From NCBI GenBank assembly GCA_013265495.1, contig MU061579.1, forward strand, positions 3,035,319 to 3,099,318: 64,000 bases of DNA. The letters are read 5' to 3'. Made by a program: the position numbers and the translations under genes. Shown here one piece after another: positions 1 to 11,884 of the stretch. The notes beneath the pieces are model-generated. The model was not told the DNA's origin. It saw only the letters and a program-made list of their open reading frames with translations, and searched no databases. Numbering within the stretch: the stretch's first letter is position 1; the number at the start of each line of letters is the position of its first letter. The DNA is from Vicugna vicugna (Eukaryota).

Positions 1-1378
1 TTTTCATGGATTTTGAAAAATATAGTTCAAATTTTGCAGTAGATTGTTTCCTTGGTATATTAACTTGCTTATTTATATTTCATATTTCTTACCAAATATT
101 TTTTACAGAATTTTTTTTGTAAATGATCCATTATAAATGATCATGATCCATTATAAACAAATTACCTTATTCCTTTGAGTAAGTTTATGCTCTTTGAATC
201 TATCTTCAGGAGAACAATAAAAATTGCCTTTTACTTTCTAATGCTCTAGAGGTATCTTAAAAGTTACAAAGAGCTAATTTTAGGGTATGTAGCCCAGTTA
301 GGCTATAGGAACATAATTTTACATTCCTCATATATTTTCAGAAAGATATTCCTTCACAGAATTTTTCACCTATGGGGCCACAGAATTATCCAGAGAAATA
401 GAAAATGAAGTATTAACTTTAATAGAACCATTGATCCAAGAGCATATATAAATACATATATATACACAAAATTTTCTCACTTATATAATAAATAAAATCT
501 TATTAAGTCAGAGTATCATACAGTTTCTGTTACCCCTGGAAAAATATAGATGGAATGTTTTGATAAACTACTTCCTTGTCTATTAAAATGCTCTCCATAT
601 AAGTTCAACTTACAACTTTCATAAGGAATTTTTCAACTTCTCCAGCCCCTAGGAATTTACCGACTCCTATACCCCTGATATATTTTACAGCATTATGACC
701 ACAATCAATTTTCCTTATTTTTTAACCTATGTCTTGATCCCACTATTTCAAAGGTTTTTAAAGCAGCAATACTGAAATATCCAAAAATACAAATATAATA
801 TAGCCTTTCTATGACAAGAGACATGATCTACACTCTCATCTAGGATAGACTACATAATTAAGACTCTTAGTAAAATAAAGGAAGAAGAATTTGTAGCTAC
901 AACTAGTTTAAATGCATCTTTGAACCAGATGCATTCTCTACATGTTTAACTAGAAAGGGGGAGCCCAGAGATGCAAGTAATACAAAAGTCATATTTAAAT
1001 AAATGTGTTTCCTATATTTTCTTTATAATAGTGGTTATCAATAGAAATATCATGATGGAAAATGGAATTGGAAGGATATTACAGTACAAAACACTCTTTT
1101 TATTTTTTAATTTGAGATTTAGGTACATCAAATATCCACTCTCTATGGCAGAAATACATACATCATTTTTAACTAAAAGCCATAAGTAAAAAGCTGCAGT
1201 TCATTTTGAAAAATCCAATAAATAACACAACTGAATTGGAATAAATTTAAGAGTCTGAAAGACAGAAGTGAATATACAGCTCAGTTTACTTGTTAAGGTT
1301 ATAACTTGTTTACCTGTGTGGCCCATTGGTCACTGAAAACATCACTGGAATAAGCTGAACAAAGAAAAATTTACCAAA

Positions 1379-1785
1379 TGTTATGTGCTAAATTGGGCTT
1401 CTCCCCATTCCTTCTCACCCTACAAAAAATATTTGTAGGCTGAGACTTCACCTTCAGTGTGACTGTATTTGTACATAGTGCCTTTAAAGAGGTAATTATG
1501 GTTAAATGAGGTCATAAAGTTGGGGCTCTAACTCAAAAGGACTAGCCTCTTTATAAGAAGAGGAAGAGATGCCAGGAGTAAGTCCACACAGAGGAAAAGC
1601 GTTGTGCAGACGTGGGGAGAAGGCTGCCATCTGCAAAGCAAGGAGAGGAGCCTCACTGGAGACGGACCCTGCCCGCTGCTGCATCTTGGACTTCCAGGCT
1701 CCAGAACCGTGAACGGATATTTTTCTGTTATTTAAGCCACCCAGCCTGCAGTGTGCCATTTTGGCAGCCTGAGCAGACTGATATA
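1379..1785 (+). mobile_element. MaLR solo LTR, MLT1A/MLT1A0-like
   Basis: Starts TGTTATG. Carries MaLR hallmarks GAGGTAATTATGGTTAAATGAGGTCATAA, CCATCTGCAAAGCAAGGAGAGGAGCCTC and TTTAAGCCACCCAG, and ends GCAGCCTGAGCAGACTGATATA. Confidence 0.85.
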
Positions 1786-3598
1786 CCAGGTAGTGTTGGT
1801 TCCATAATTTGTATGTTTTGCTCCTTGAAGAAATAGGTTGCAGCTTCCCGTGGCCCCTTGACTCTTGAAATTGTTCACCTCCTCTGACTTCATAACTAGT
1901 TTCCAGTATATGCAGCTCTACATTAAAAGTACTCACCCTTTGTCATAACAAAATATGTCATAACCGAGTTTTATATCTATCAGTTAAAAGTAACCATTTT
2001 TGTCCAAGTTCTTGAAAACAATGACAGTTTTCTAAAAGTAATTGCTTGTTCTTTAATATCACTTTAGTCAATAGATGTGTGTAAACTAAATAGAAAACAT
2101 TTTTTAAAGATCTGAGTGAACTTTAAAAGGCCACAGTGTGTAATGTCTTCATTTTTTAATTATTTAAACACTAGGCAGTTTGTTTAAACTACCTGGATAA
2201 GAATGCTTGCCTTTATAAATGGAGGAAATCGGTCTGACTTCACTTAAATGCAAATGTTTTCTCTATTGTGGATACAGGTAAGAATTTTATTTTATTTTAT
2301 TTTTTGTCTTTTACAGCCATTAGACTTTGCTTTTTACAAGGACAGAGAAGCAATTAATTAAGAACATTTTACCAATGATTTTCCATATGCTTCTTACTTT
2401 CATTGACAATAGCTAATTTAATAAGGTATATTTCAGTATTATACTGGGGACTAGAGACATTGAATCCCAACTCATATAACTGCTGGCAGGATTTTTTCCT
2501 AATATTACTTTCTCAACATAAGGTCATAAAGTTGTGTGACTTTTGTGCTCAGCTGCCTTAGTCTCCAGAGCATTGAAATGAAAATGAGTCTTTCTCTTTT
2601 CAGTTCACTGGGTTCTGAATCAAAGTCAATGAATTAATCCTGCTGTTTCTGGAATTTATAGCCAAAGAAGTTCCTAGAAAACATTTTCTGTTGCTGAAGA
2701 CATACTGACAAGTGTAAAATTTTTTCCAGGACACCCAATAAAAACCTCTCCCTAGAGTGCAGTTTTCCGTAGAGACCGCATGTCAACTATGTCCTCTTAA
2801 AAATTCAGCGCATCATTCACTCTTCAGTGTACCTGGACATCTTATTAGCACTGATCCTTTAAGAAAAGTAATAGAAGTAACCTGCACATAGATTACCAAT
2901 ATTCTTCCCATTTAAAGGATCTTAAACTAGTATAGAGGAAATTAGTATGAGATTTGTTATAGTATTTGAAATGATTGCATACTTTAAATTTATACAGTTA
3001 GATTACAAGTTGAACCGAGCAGGCATAAATAGAACTACAACACGCAAAAAATAGATATTTTGATTTAAACTGAAAAAAACATATGTACATTTTTAAATCA
3101 CAAAAAGCCTAAAAAATGTAAGATCAAATGTAATTAACTATTTGCAACAAGAATACTTACTGAAAATTAGTTTGCAAATTAACCTTCTGGTCTAGTATTC
3201 CTACAGAGATTCAGTCATCTCTAATTCCCCATGTGTTATAAAGAGAATATATGGAGAAGAAAGTGGATGTGAACTTACTGAATTTATGAATTTGGATACT
3301 GCTCTGAAGAAGTGCTAAGCTCTACATTTCAACATCTTGATGGATGAGGGTTATGTGAAAACTCCCCAGTGCAATAGGATTCCACCTCTCCCTTCACTTT
3401 GTCCCATTGTTGCTTGTCTGTCAAGAATGGCTGACTGGTTCCTATTTATTCCTCAGGACCATACTAAGCAATCTCCTCTTCTAAATAGTCTTCTCTGGCT
3501 CTCTGACTTCCCCTCCCTGATTTTCGTATCTTCACTGCAATTCTATTTAAGCACTCAGTATTTGCCTCTTCACAGGCAAAATTACAACAAACTTATAA

Positions 3599-3664
3599 AT
3601 ATGTATATATATATGTATATATATGTATATATATATATGTATATATAAATGTATATATATACAT
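3599..3664. repeat. (TA)n/(TATG) compound microsatellite
   Basis: ATGTATATATATATGTATATATATGTATAT... read directly. Confidence 0.95.
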
Positions 3665-3699
3665 TTAATTGATACTACAACTTATTATATCATTCTTAT

Positions 3700-4708
3700 C
3701 TGGCATCTCTACAACCAAGTCAGTATGCGTATTTTTCTTCTAAGATTGGCAATGACCTACATTTTACAAATTTCAAATAATGCACTTTGGTAATAAACTT
3801 TCTAGAACTCTTGGGAGCATATGACATAGTTAATGATCCTCAAAACATCTTGAAACTCTTTTATCTTGCAGTTTCTGGGACACTGAGTATTCCAGACATT
3901 CCCTCTGACAGGCTGAGTTTTTCTTTGTTGAATCCACTTAGGGGCAGATTTTGCTTTTCTTTTCTTCTTTCTATTATTCTCTTCCTTGGTGATCTATTTC
4001 CTTTGCTTTAAATCTGATTTAAATATTGACTCACAAATGTATAGCTCATGTGTGATTCCACTTCTCTGATAGGCTGTAGACACCTTGATCTAACAGCTCT
4101 CTTCTCAATTCACTCTTAATGCCTTCCGCTTGGTTTTCCATAGAGTAATAGCCTAATTGTTTATAAGGTATTCATCACATTCTATAACTCCAGTCCTTTA
4201 AAACCTTCAGTAACTTTTTACTGCAACCTGAATGAAGCCCAGGTTTGAAGATGACTTTTCTGACCTTGTAGTTGCCCTTACTTTCCTCTCTGAATTCATT
4301 CTTTACCAGCCCCTCCCTCCCCTTCACCAGGTCCATCCACATCGTCTTTATTATAGTCCATAGAAAATAACCAGTTCTTTCCCACGTCAGATTATTCTTA
4401 TATGCTGTCCCCTCTGCCTTAAATTTTCTTTCTCTTACTCTTTTTACAATATAAAAGTCAAAGTTTAAGTTAAACTATCCTTCACCACTTTAAAGCAGAT
4501 TTTTTTTCTATTCACAAGCTATTCGCTACCTTTGTTTCATATACTACAACTTTTAATTATCCAGGTGTTAATTCCTGGTTTCCCCATTAGGCTGTAATCT
4601 AGGGTTTAAGAAAGCAAGCACTCTGTCTAGATCTTTGTTCCCAAATGCTTGTCTCAATGCCTGCTGGATAATGAGCACATAATCAATGTTAGTCCAATGA
4701 GTGAATGA
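3700..4708 (+). mobile_element. Degenerate L2 LINE (ORF2 remnant and 3' end)
   Basis: L2-like AAGATTGGCAATGACCTAC and GCATATGACATAGTTAATGA motifs; 3' tail AATCAATGTTAGTCCAATGAGTGAATGA. Boundaries approximate. Confidence 0.6.
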
Positions 4709-5159
4709 TACGAGGGCTGCAATCAAAAAGAGCTGAAATCGAAGAGTGTGAGACAGACTTCTTTTGCTGAGCAATAATATGGAGCTGGGCCACTTGACTT
4801 CTTGAATAAGAATTCAACCAATGTCACCACAATAAGAGATCTTAGAGAAGGATTAGATATTTAAAGGAAGGCTAAACACTACCATAATTTAATTATTGCT
4901 TTATTCTCAAATATTTATAGACCATCTACGCTGATGTACTAGAGATATAACTGTAAATACAACAAAGATCCTGTCCTCAATTTAGTATAAAACCCACTAG
5001 AGTTAGCACTTATTTAAACAGTGCATTGTAAAGTTGATATTGAAAGTGTTTTTACAAGCCCACTGAGAAGCACATAAATTTTTCTGACCCATATAGATGA
5101 AAGGACCCAGGGAAGGAAATTCAAAAGAAACAGTAGGTGTATCTGATGATGTAACAGGG

Positions 5160-5347
5160 AAAATACTGCTGCAATATTTGTCAGAGAATGTTTTACCTAT
5201 GTTCTCTTCTAGGAGTTTTATGGTGTCATGTCTCACATTTAAGTCTTTAAGCCATTTCGAGTTTATTTTTGTGTGTAGTGTGAGGGAGTGTTCTAACTTC
5301 ATGGATTTACACGCAGCTGTCCAGCCTTCCCAACACCACTTGCTGAA
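5160..5347 (-). mobile_element. Internal LINE-1 ORF2 fragment, antisense, no poly(A)
   Basis: ORF 5003..5302(-) encodes [41 protein letters not shown], a typical L1 ORF2 C-terminal region motif. Confidence 0.9.
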
Positions 5348-5626
5348 TTGTTCTTTTGTCTTTCACTTTTTACTACACAAAATAGGTTTCCTAATAAACT
5401 AGTCTACTTAGCTTTGGTTCAGTGTCTGCTTCTGGGAGAACCCTAGGTAAATTAGTGGATGTGTCTTATTAGAGTAAGAGTGCTTATTTCTAGGTGATGA
5501 CTTTTTCTTGACTAGCACTCTATCTGGAGGTTCTCTATACCTGAAAAGGTATATATAGCATTGGTTTTTATTTGTTTTACTTTTAATGATTAAACAGCAT
5601 TAAGCTGAGCAGCCTTGTCCACCTTT

Positions 5627-5840
5627 CAGTATGGAGATTTCTTAAAAAACTAAAAATAGACTTACCATATGATCCAGCAATACCACTCCTGGGCCTATAC
5701 TCAGAAAAGAGGAAAACTCTAATTTGAAAAGGTACACATGCAACCCAGTGTTCATAGCAGCACTGTTTACAATAGCCAAAACATGGAAGCAACCTAAGTG
5801 TCTGTCGACAGATGAATGGTTAAAAAGATGTAAGATGTAG

Positions 5841-5871
<31 letters not shown>

Positions 5872-6354
5872 GTATATGTATATATACACAATGGAATACT
5901 ACTCAACCATAAAAAGAATGAAATATTGCCATTTGCAGCAACATGATTGGGCCTAGAGATTATCATACTAAGTAAATTAAGCCAGACAAAAATAGACAAA
6001 TATATCACTTATATGTGGAATCTGAAAAATAATACAAATGAACTTATTTACAAAGCAGAAACAGACTCACAGACATAGAAAGCAAACTTATGGTCACCAA
6101 AGGGGAAAGTAGGGGGAGGGATAAATTAGGTGTATGAGGTTAACAGATACATATCACTACATATAAAAATATATAAACAACAAGGGTTTACTGTATAGCA
6201 CAGGGAACTATATCCAATTTCTTGTAATAACCTATAATGGAAAAGAATTTTTAAAAGAATACATATATATGTAAATATCACTGAATCACTTTGCTGTATA
6301 TTAAAATTAACACAATATTGTAAATCAACTATAATTCAATTAAAAAAAAAAAAA
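5627..6354 (+). mobile_element. 5'-truncated LINE-1 (cetartiodactyl type): ORF2 end, 3'UTR and poly(A)
   Basis: CCATATGATCCAGCAATACCACTCCTGGG, ACAGACTCACAGACATAGAAAGCAAACTTATGG, TACTGTATAGCACAGGGAACTATAT, then TAAATCAACTATAATTCAATT and an A-tail. Confidence 0.95.
5845..5870. repeat. (CA)13 microsatellite inside L1
   Basis: Read directly. Confidence 0.95.
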
Positions 6355-9019
6355 GAACCAACACACAATATGCGAGGAATTACTGTCGGCCACCTGCAGG
6401 TGCCCATTGCTCAATCTCACAGAAAGTTTTGAGAAGTGTAATGCATCCCAAAACTCTTTGCCCAGGGGACAGCAGAGGGGAGCATTTATCTTGGCTTCTG
6501 TCCCCCACTGGTCAAGGGTTAACACCTCTGCACTTGTGGGTGCACGTGCTAGAGCACTAGAGGACGTTCCACGTGGCAGCGTCAGAACAATTGCCCAAGA
6601 CAGGAGGTGAGAGGGACTGGGTGCTAGTAAGAGACAGCCAAGTGTCAGCTACACGCAGCTCCTCAAAGCTGTTCAAAATGGTTGCTAGAGTGGTGATCAA
6701 TAAGAGCTCTCCTGTGCTCCCACATACATTCTTAAAAGATGATTTTAAGAGGCCTCTATATTTCCATACTAGTTGGATGTCTAGTAGAAATTACACAGAA
6801 AAGACAACTTTGTGACAGTGTTTCACTTCTCATCAATTGCTGACACCACTTCATATACTCACAAGTTCTGTGTGGTAAGTCTACCCTGTCACACCAATCT
6901 GGATACAGACTGCAACTTGTGGGCAAGGTGAGATGCATGCTGTCTCCTCCCAGCTCAGGACTAACCTTGGCCTCACCAAAGGGTTTTGGCTGGAAAATAG
7001 TTGTGTCCCTGAAGCGCGTTTCTGGCCTTGACTCTGCCCCAAGAGAGGATGCTTCTGCCAGGACCTAAGCACTTCTCTTTCTCTCCTCTTTCCCCTAATG
7101 CATTTTCATCTTAAACTTCTTTGCAGGAATCATTAACACGTCTGCTAGTCAGTGTTTAAGAAAATGTTTGTCAAGATCTCTAAAGTTATTACTTTTTTTT
7201 TCCTTTCCTTTTGGAAGAAAAAAATGACAGTTTTTCAGAATACGAAAAAGAGAGGGTATTCATGTGGAAGGGTAATTCCTGTGAGAGCGGATGAGACTAA
7301 TCTTCCTTGAATGCTCATGACTCCTTATAACAAGGACTGAAACCATTCTCTTTTCAAATGGATTTCTCTAATTGAAATAGCCTATTAGTTGAATGGCAAT
7401 TGTGATGTCTGTAACTTTCTTGATTTTCAAGCTTATAGTGAGCCCCGTTTATTCTCTGAAATATTATTTCCTCATTGCATGTTAGAGAGAGGAACACTGC
7501 AATACAGATTCAGTGAAAGAAAAATAAATTCACCTCCATTGTTTACAGATTGAAAATAAAATTGAACTGTAGATGGTCGTATTATATATTTTTATTTTCA
7601 GTATCAACTGCAGAATATCTGGATTTGCAATGCTGCTGCATCTACAGAAAATATAATAGCAATAGTGAAAAAAATAAGAACTGTCATTTTCCTGCTATCT
7701 GGAAAGCATGCCAAATCAGAGGGCAGCTGCCAGAATTTATCTTCCTTTAAGACTATTCCACCTGTTAAAGAAATTCATAAAATTGGTTACATCCCAGTGC
7801 ACTGAATGCCGCGCTGCTCATGTCATTTGAGAGATTGTGCAAAACAGTAGCAAGTACATTTTACACTTGACTCCCATTTCACTACTGCCAAACCATCAGT
7901 TGTGTGTTATTTATAGCTTTTAATGCAATAGATTTAATGCAGTGCGATTCTACTTATTTCTGGAGCTCATGCCTTATTTGGTTTAACACACTATTTTTTT
8001 TTCTCTCCCTCCCTTTTTCTATTCCTCAGAAAGGATCAAAAGCATAACAAGTGTATTCAAAGAAGAGCTTTTTGAAGGTCTCACCTTAAAACCTTGGTAC
8101 TCCCACAGTGGATAACCTCTGATTTCACTTCACTGCCATGGTAGCAAAAAAATGAGTCTTTTTACAGTCTTCAAAGGAATTCTAACAGCCCTCTTTTTAA
8201 CTTTGATTCTTTGTATTCCTACTTGGTTTTAGAGTAAAGGAAGAGCAGAAATCCTCTTATATTCTGCAGAAAGCCCATACTAGAGATTATAAGAAAATTT
8301 AATAAGTTGAATACTATATTTTGATAAATAAAAGGGATTACATTTTTTCTAATAGAGATACTTAATTATTCCATACATATATTTTCTTTTAAAAACCTTA
8401 TCTTTTCATGAGAATTCATCCATAAAACTTTAAAAATTGAATATGGGGCATATTAAGTGCCAGAAAATTCTTCTAAACTGCAAGTCTGTGCAGCCACCAC
8501 CACATCTCACACAAGCATACAACATTTAGGGAAGTGACTGCCTTTGCTCGCTCTGTGCCACCAAGTCTATTCTTGGATACCTCCATCCTGCCTTCATCAG
8601 TCAGTTCTCTTTAGGGCCAAATAGACGTAACACTAACCTAAATTAGTTCACTATCACTGTAAAGGAATAGTTTGAGTACACATCCCTGAACAAAGCAACC
8701 CAACATAATTAAATAACTTTGGAACCAAAGTAAATTTTGTTTTAGACATGAGTTGTCCACCCTTTTGCAAGCATATGACCCGATCAATTTTTTCTTACTC
8801 TTTAAATCTTTCATGTTCAAGGGCTCAATGTTATATCAACAATAAAAATTAAAACAACCTTTTTGAATTCTTACTGTGTGCCTAGCACTGTTATAACTAG
8901 ATTAAATACAAAATTGTTTATAATAGATTAAGTGTACAACTTGCGCAGGTTTTTACCTATGTATTAATGCTCCAAATCCACTCATGAAGATGAATAATTC
9001 TGTGTGCCTACCTCTTACG

Positions 9020-9260
9020 TTTATGGTGAAAGTTTGGGAATCAGTAAATCTGAGTTAATATTTTGAATCTCCAATTTGCTAGACAGATTTCCCTGAGCAC
9101 ACTTCTTGAACTCTCTGAATCTGTCCTTTCATTTGCAACGTGTAGATGTGGGAGTATGTGGCTGTTACTATCTTCACAGACTAGTTGCAGAATTAGGTGA
9201 ATGAACATATTTAATGCCCTCGGTATAGTGCTTACTATTTAGTAAGCAGTTCATAATGGG
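9020..9260 (+). mobile_element. MIR SINE, degenerate
   Basis: Core-like CTTGAACTCTCTGAATCTGTCCTTTCATTTGCAA...TATCTTCACAGACTAGTTGCAGAATTAGGTGA. Confidence 0.55.
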
Positions 9261-11858
9261 AAGTGACTACTAATGCTTGTTTCAACTCATTGTTTCACTT
9301 GTTCATTCATTATTTCAGGACACTGTAATTTTCAATTTAAAAGATACTGCCTTTCTGCCAATCTCACATATTAGATGGCAGTGTTTAATTAAGCTCTTTG
9401 TGGTCTGGTAGTGGGAATAATGTCTACTGCTAGTCCCTTTTCCTGCTTTCTACAAGGTCACTACCTTTAAGTCTTCAATGTCTTCTAGTATTTTTTTTTC
9501 TCAAGTCACTATTTAATTTTATCCCCCTTCAGGTAACCATATATAGTCATTCATGAAAAAAGCCACCTTATTCCTTCTGCTTATTTTTAACTGATTTTTT
9601 TTGAAGTGAGTGTCATTTTTATGCCCCCAAACATATGTATTCTAGAATTCAAATTTTAAACATTTGAGCTGAAATTATAATATTAGGAATAGTTTTTGTA
9701 TAAGTATTATAGATGCTTCTGCAGGAAGTCACTCATGTTTGTAGGAATCACCGAAGAGTCTCAACAATTTGGCAACCGACTTAGAATTTCACATCCTAAA
9801 ATATTCACAGTATTTAAGTACTGCCACCTATTTTGTTCATTAAAAAATTAAAAGCTAATACTTTTTATATAGCTCAAATATTTTGAGTAGGATTGTTATT
9901 TCAATATATTTTAGAATGGGATGTAAAATAATTGTTTAGTCACTCACAGAAGAGAGTTGGAAGCCAACTGAAAACACAGCTTCATAAAATTGCAGGGCTG
10001 AAAAATTTTGCAGACCATAGATTGGAGGCTAGATTTTATGCTGAGGCAGGTCAGGTGTGTAAACTCATTAATATTGACTCTGTTATGGATGCTGGTTCCA
10101 CAACTTTGACATGGAAAAGCATTTTCTACCTCTTTTTTATTGTCAAAATTCATGAAATAATATATAGAAAGGATACATAAAAGTAGTAAATAGAATATGT
10201 TTTTCTTGTTCAGTAGTTGAGAATTTTCAGCTACAAGGTTTATAAAGCGTGGCGCAACATTTTAGTGACTTCATTAATTAGTCGCATGTAGTAAACTATT
10301 CAATTTTTCTTCCTTTTAACTTCATTGCTATGCTTGCCAGAAAATAAGTTACTTACTTTTTATTACTTTACATTTCATAGATATCTTTCTTTTTCCTAAT
10401 TTGGGTGTTTTTAATTCTATGCTAAAAAATCAAACAAATAATGGTCAAGCTACAATATATTACCTTTATGAATGTACTTGATTGACTTTTATCCCTCAGT
10501 CAATTTCAATACTAACTCAAATTAATGAATGTGCTAATCAAATCTTTAGAGAGATTCTTACAGTCCTGAAATTCCATGTTTGAAAATCTTATGAGATTTT
10601 CCACATAGAATAGTTAAAACAAACTAACATTCTGCCTTATAATTTTAAAACTGCTAAGTTTGAAATGAACAATTTCCTTGTTTGAATAAAATTACTCTTT
10701 GACTGCAGAAAGAGGTCATGAAAAAACCACTTATAATATATATATATATAATATATAAAGCAAAATGAAATAGGAAATATTGTTGCTATTCTAACAAAAA
10801 TGCAATGAGAATCAAAAGAAAAGTGATGAGTTATTTTGGCCAAGAAAAATGGCATGTGAGTTGGACCTGAAGATGGGAAACAACAGTAACCAAACAGTAA
10901 ATAAGAAAACTCCCAGAGTAGAAGGGGTAAAAATTATCTGGTTGTGTTAAGAGTTTGCTAGGTCATAGCACACTAGCTATTCCCACCTGTTGGAGCTGGA
11001 TTGCAATAAAAGTTTAGATTTATCATACAGACTATAGACTATAAAAAAAAAGCAATGTTTGTATAGAAGAGCGGTATTTTTGGTATTACGCTTTATAAGT
11101 TAGACGGAGCAAGAGTGAGTAAGAAATACAGGCATGAGAAGAAATGGAAAGAAAAAAGGAACAATGAAGGCACTCCTTAATAAACAATAATGAATTATTT
11201 GGCAAAATAATTAATGAAAAGTGTGGAAGAAGGACGATGCTGTTGTACCCTGAGAACTAAGGTGTAACTTGTGGCCATAAGATTGCATCATATAAAAAGT
11301 AGTTTTATAATTTACTTTGTTTCTTAGTCTTGGCTTCCTTTAAAGGTAAGTTGCATTTGACACTGTTGAAGGTACTTCATCCATACATACGGGTCACATC
11401 AGTGTGCCTGCCTCAGACAACAAGCCTTAGAAACACGTATTTCATCTTTAGGATTTATATTTTGGTGTCTTATATTTGTGTCCATCTGTTTCATGGCATG
11501 CTGCCTACTCAGGGGTTGGTAGGACCCTTGGCAGCAGTGGCAACAGTCCGAGGTGCCAGGTAACACTAAGCTTAAGGAAGGCATCTTGCAGAATTTTCCT
11601 TAGGACATCTGTGAAATTGGAAGGGTGCAGAGAAGTCTCTTTTCTGACAGACTTACACGTTGGCTCTACATGTCTCTGTACATTTTGTGACACCTGTTCA
11701 TGCTTGTGTGCCAAATGATTTAAGAAAAAAATGGTAATTATTCTCAATTTATTATGGTTCTCTCTACATATTCAGATATGTGATCAGTGCTATAGTCACA
11801 TGGTGAACCAAACAGTCCACATAGGTTACATACTTATCTTATATCTTATATCTCCTCT

Positions 11859-11884
11859 GTGTGTGTGTGTGTGTGTGTGTGTGT
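11859..11884. repeat. (GT)n microsatellite, about 13 units
   Basis: Read directly. Confidence 0.95.

Noticed and set aside
123..157. Tandem duplication of ATGATCCATTATAAA
   Set aside because: An ordinary slippage-type micro-duplication.
1502..1936. Longest ORF (144 aa, minus strand)
   Set aside because: It mostly reads through the antisense strand of an MLT1 LTR, so it is likely a chance open frame.
2270..2290. Splice-donor-like CAG|GTAAGA
   Set aside because: An isolated motif with no convincing acceptor or reading frame upstream.
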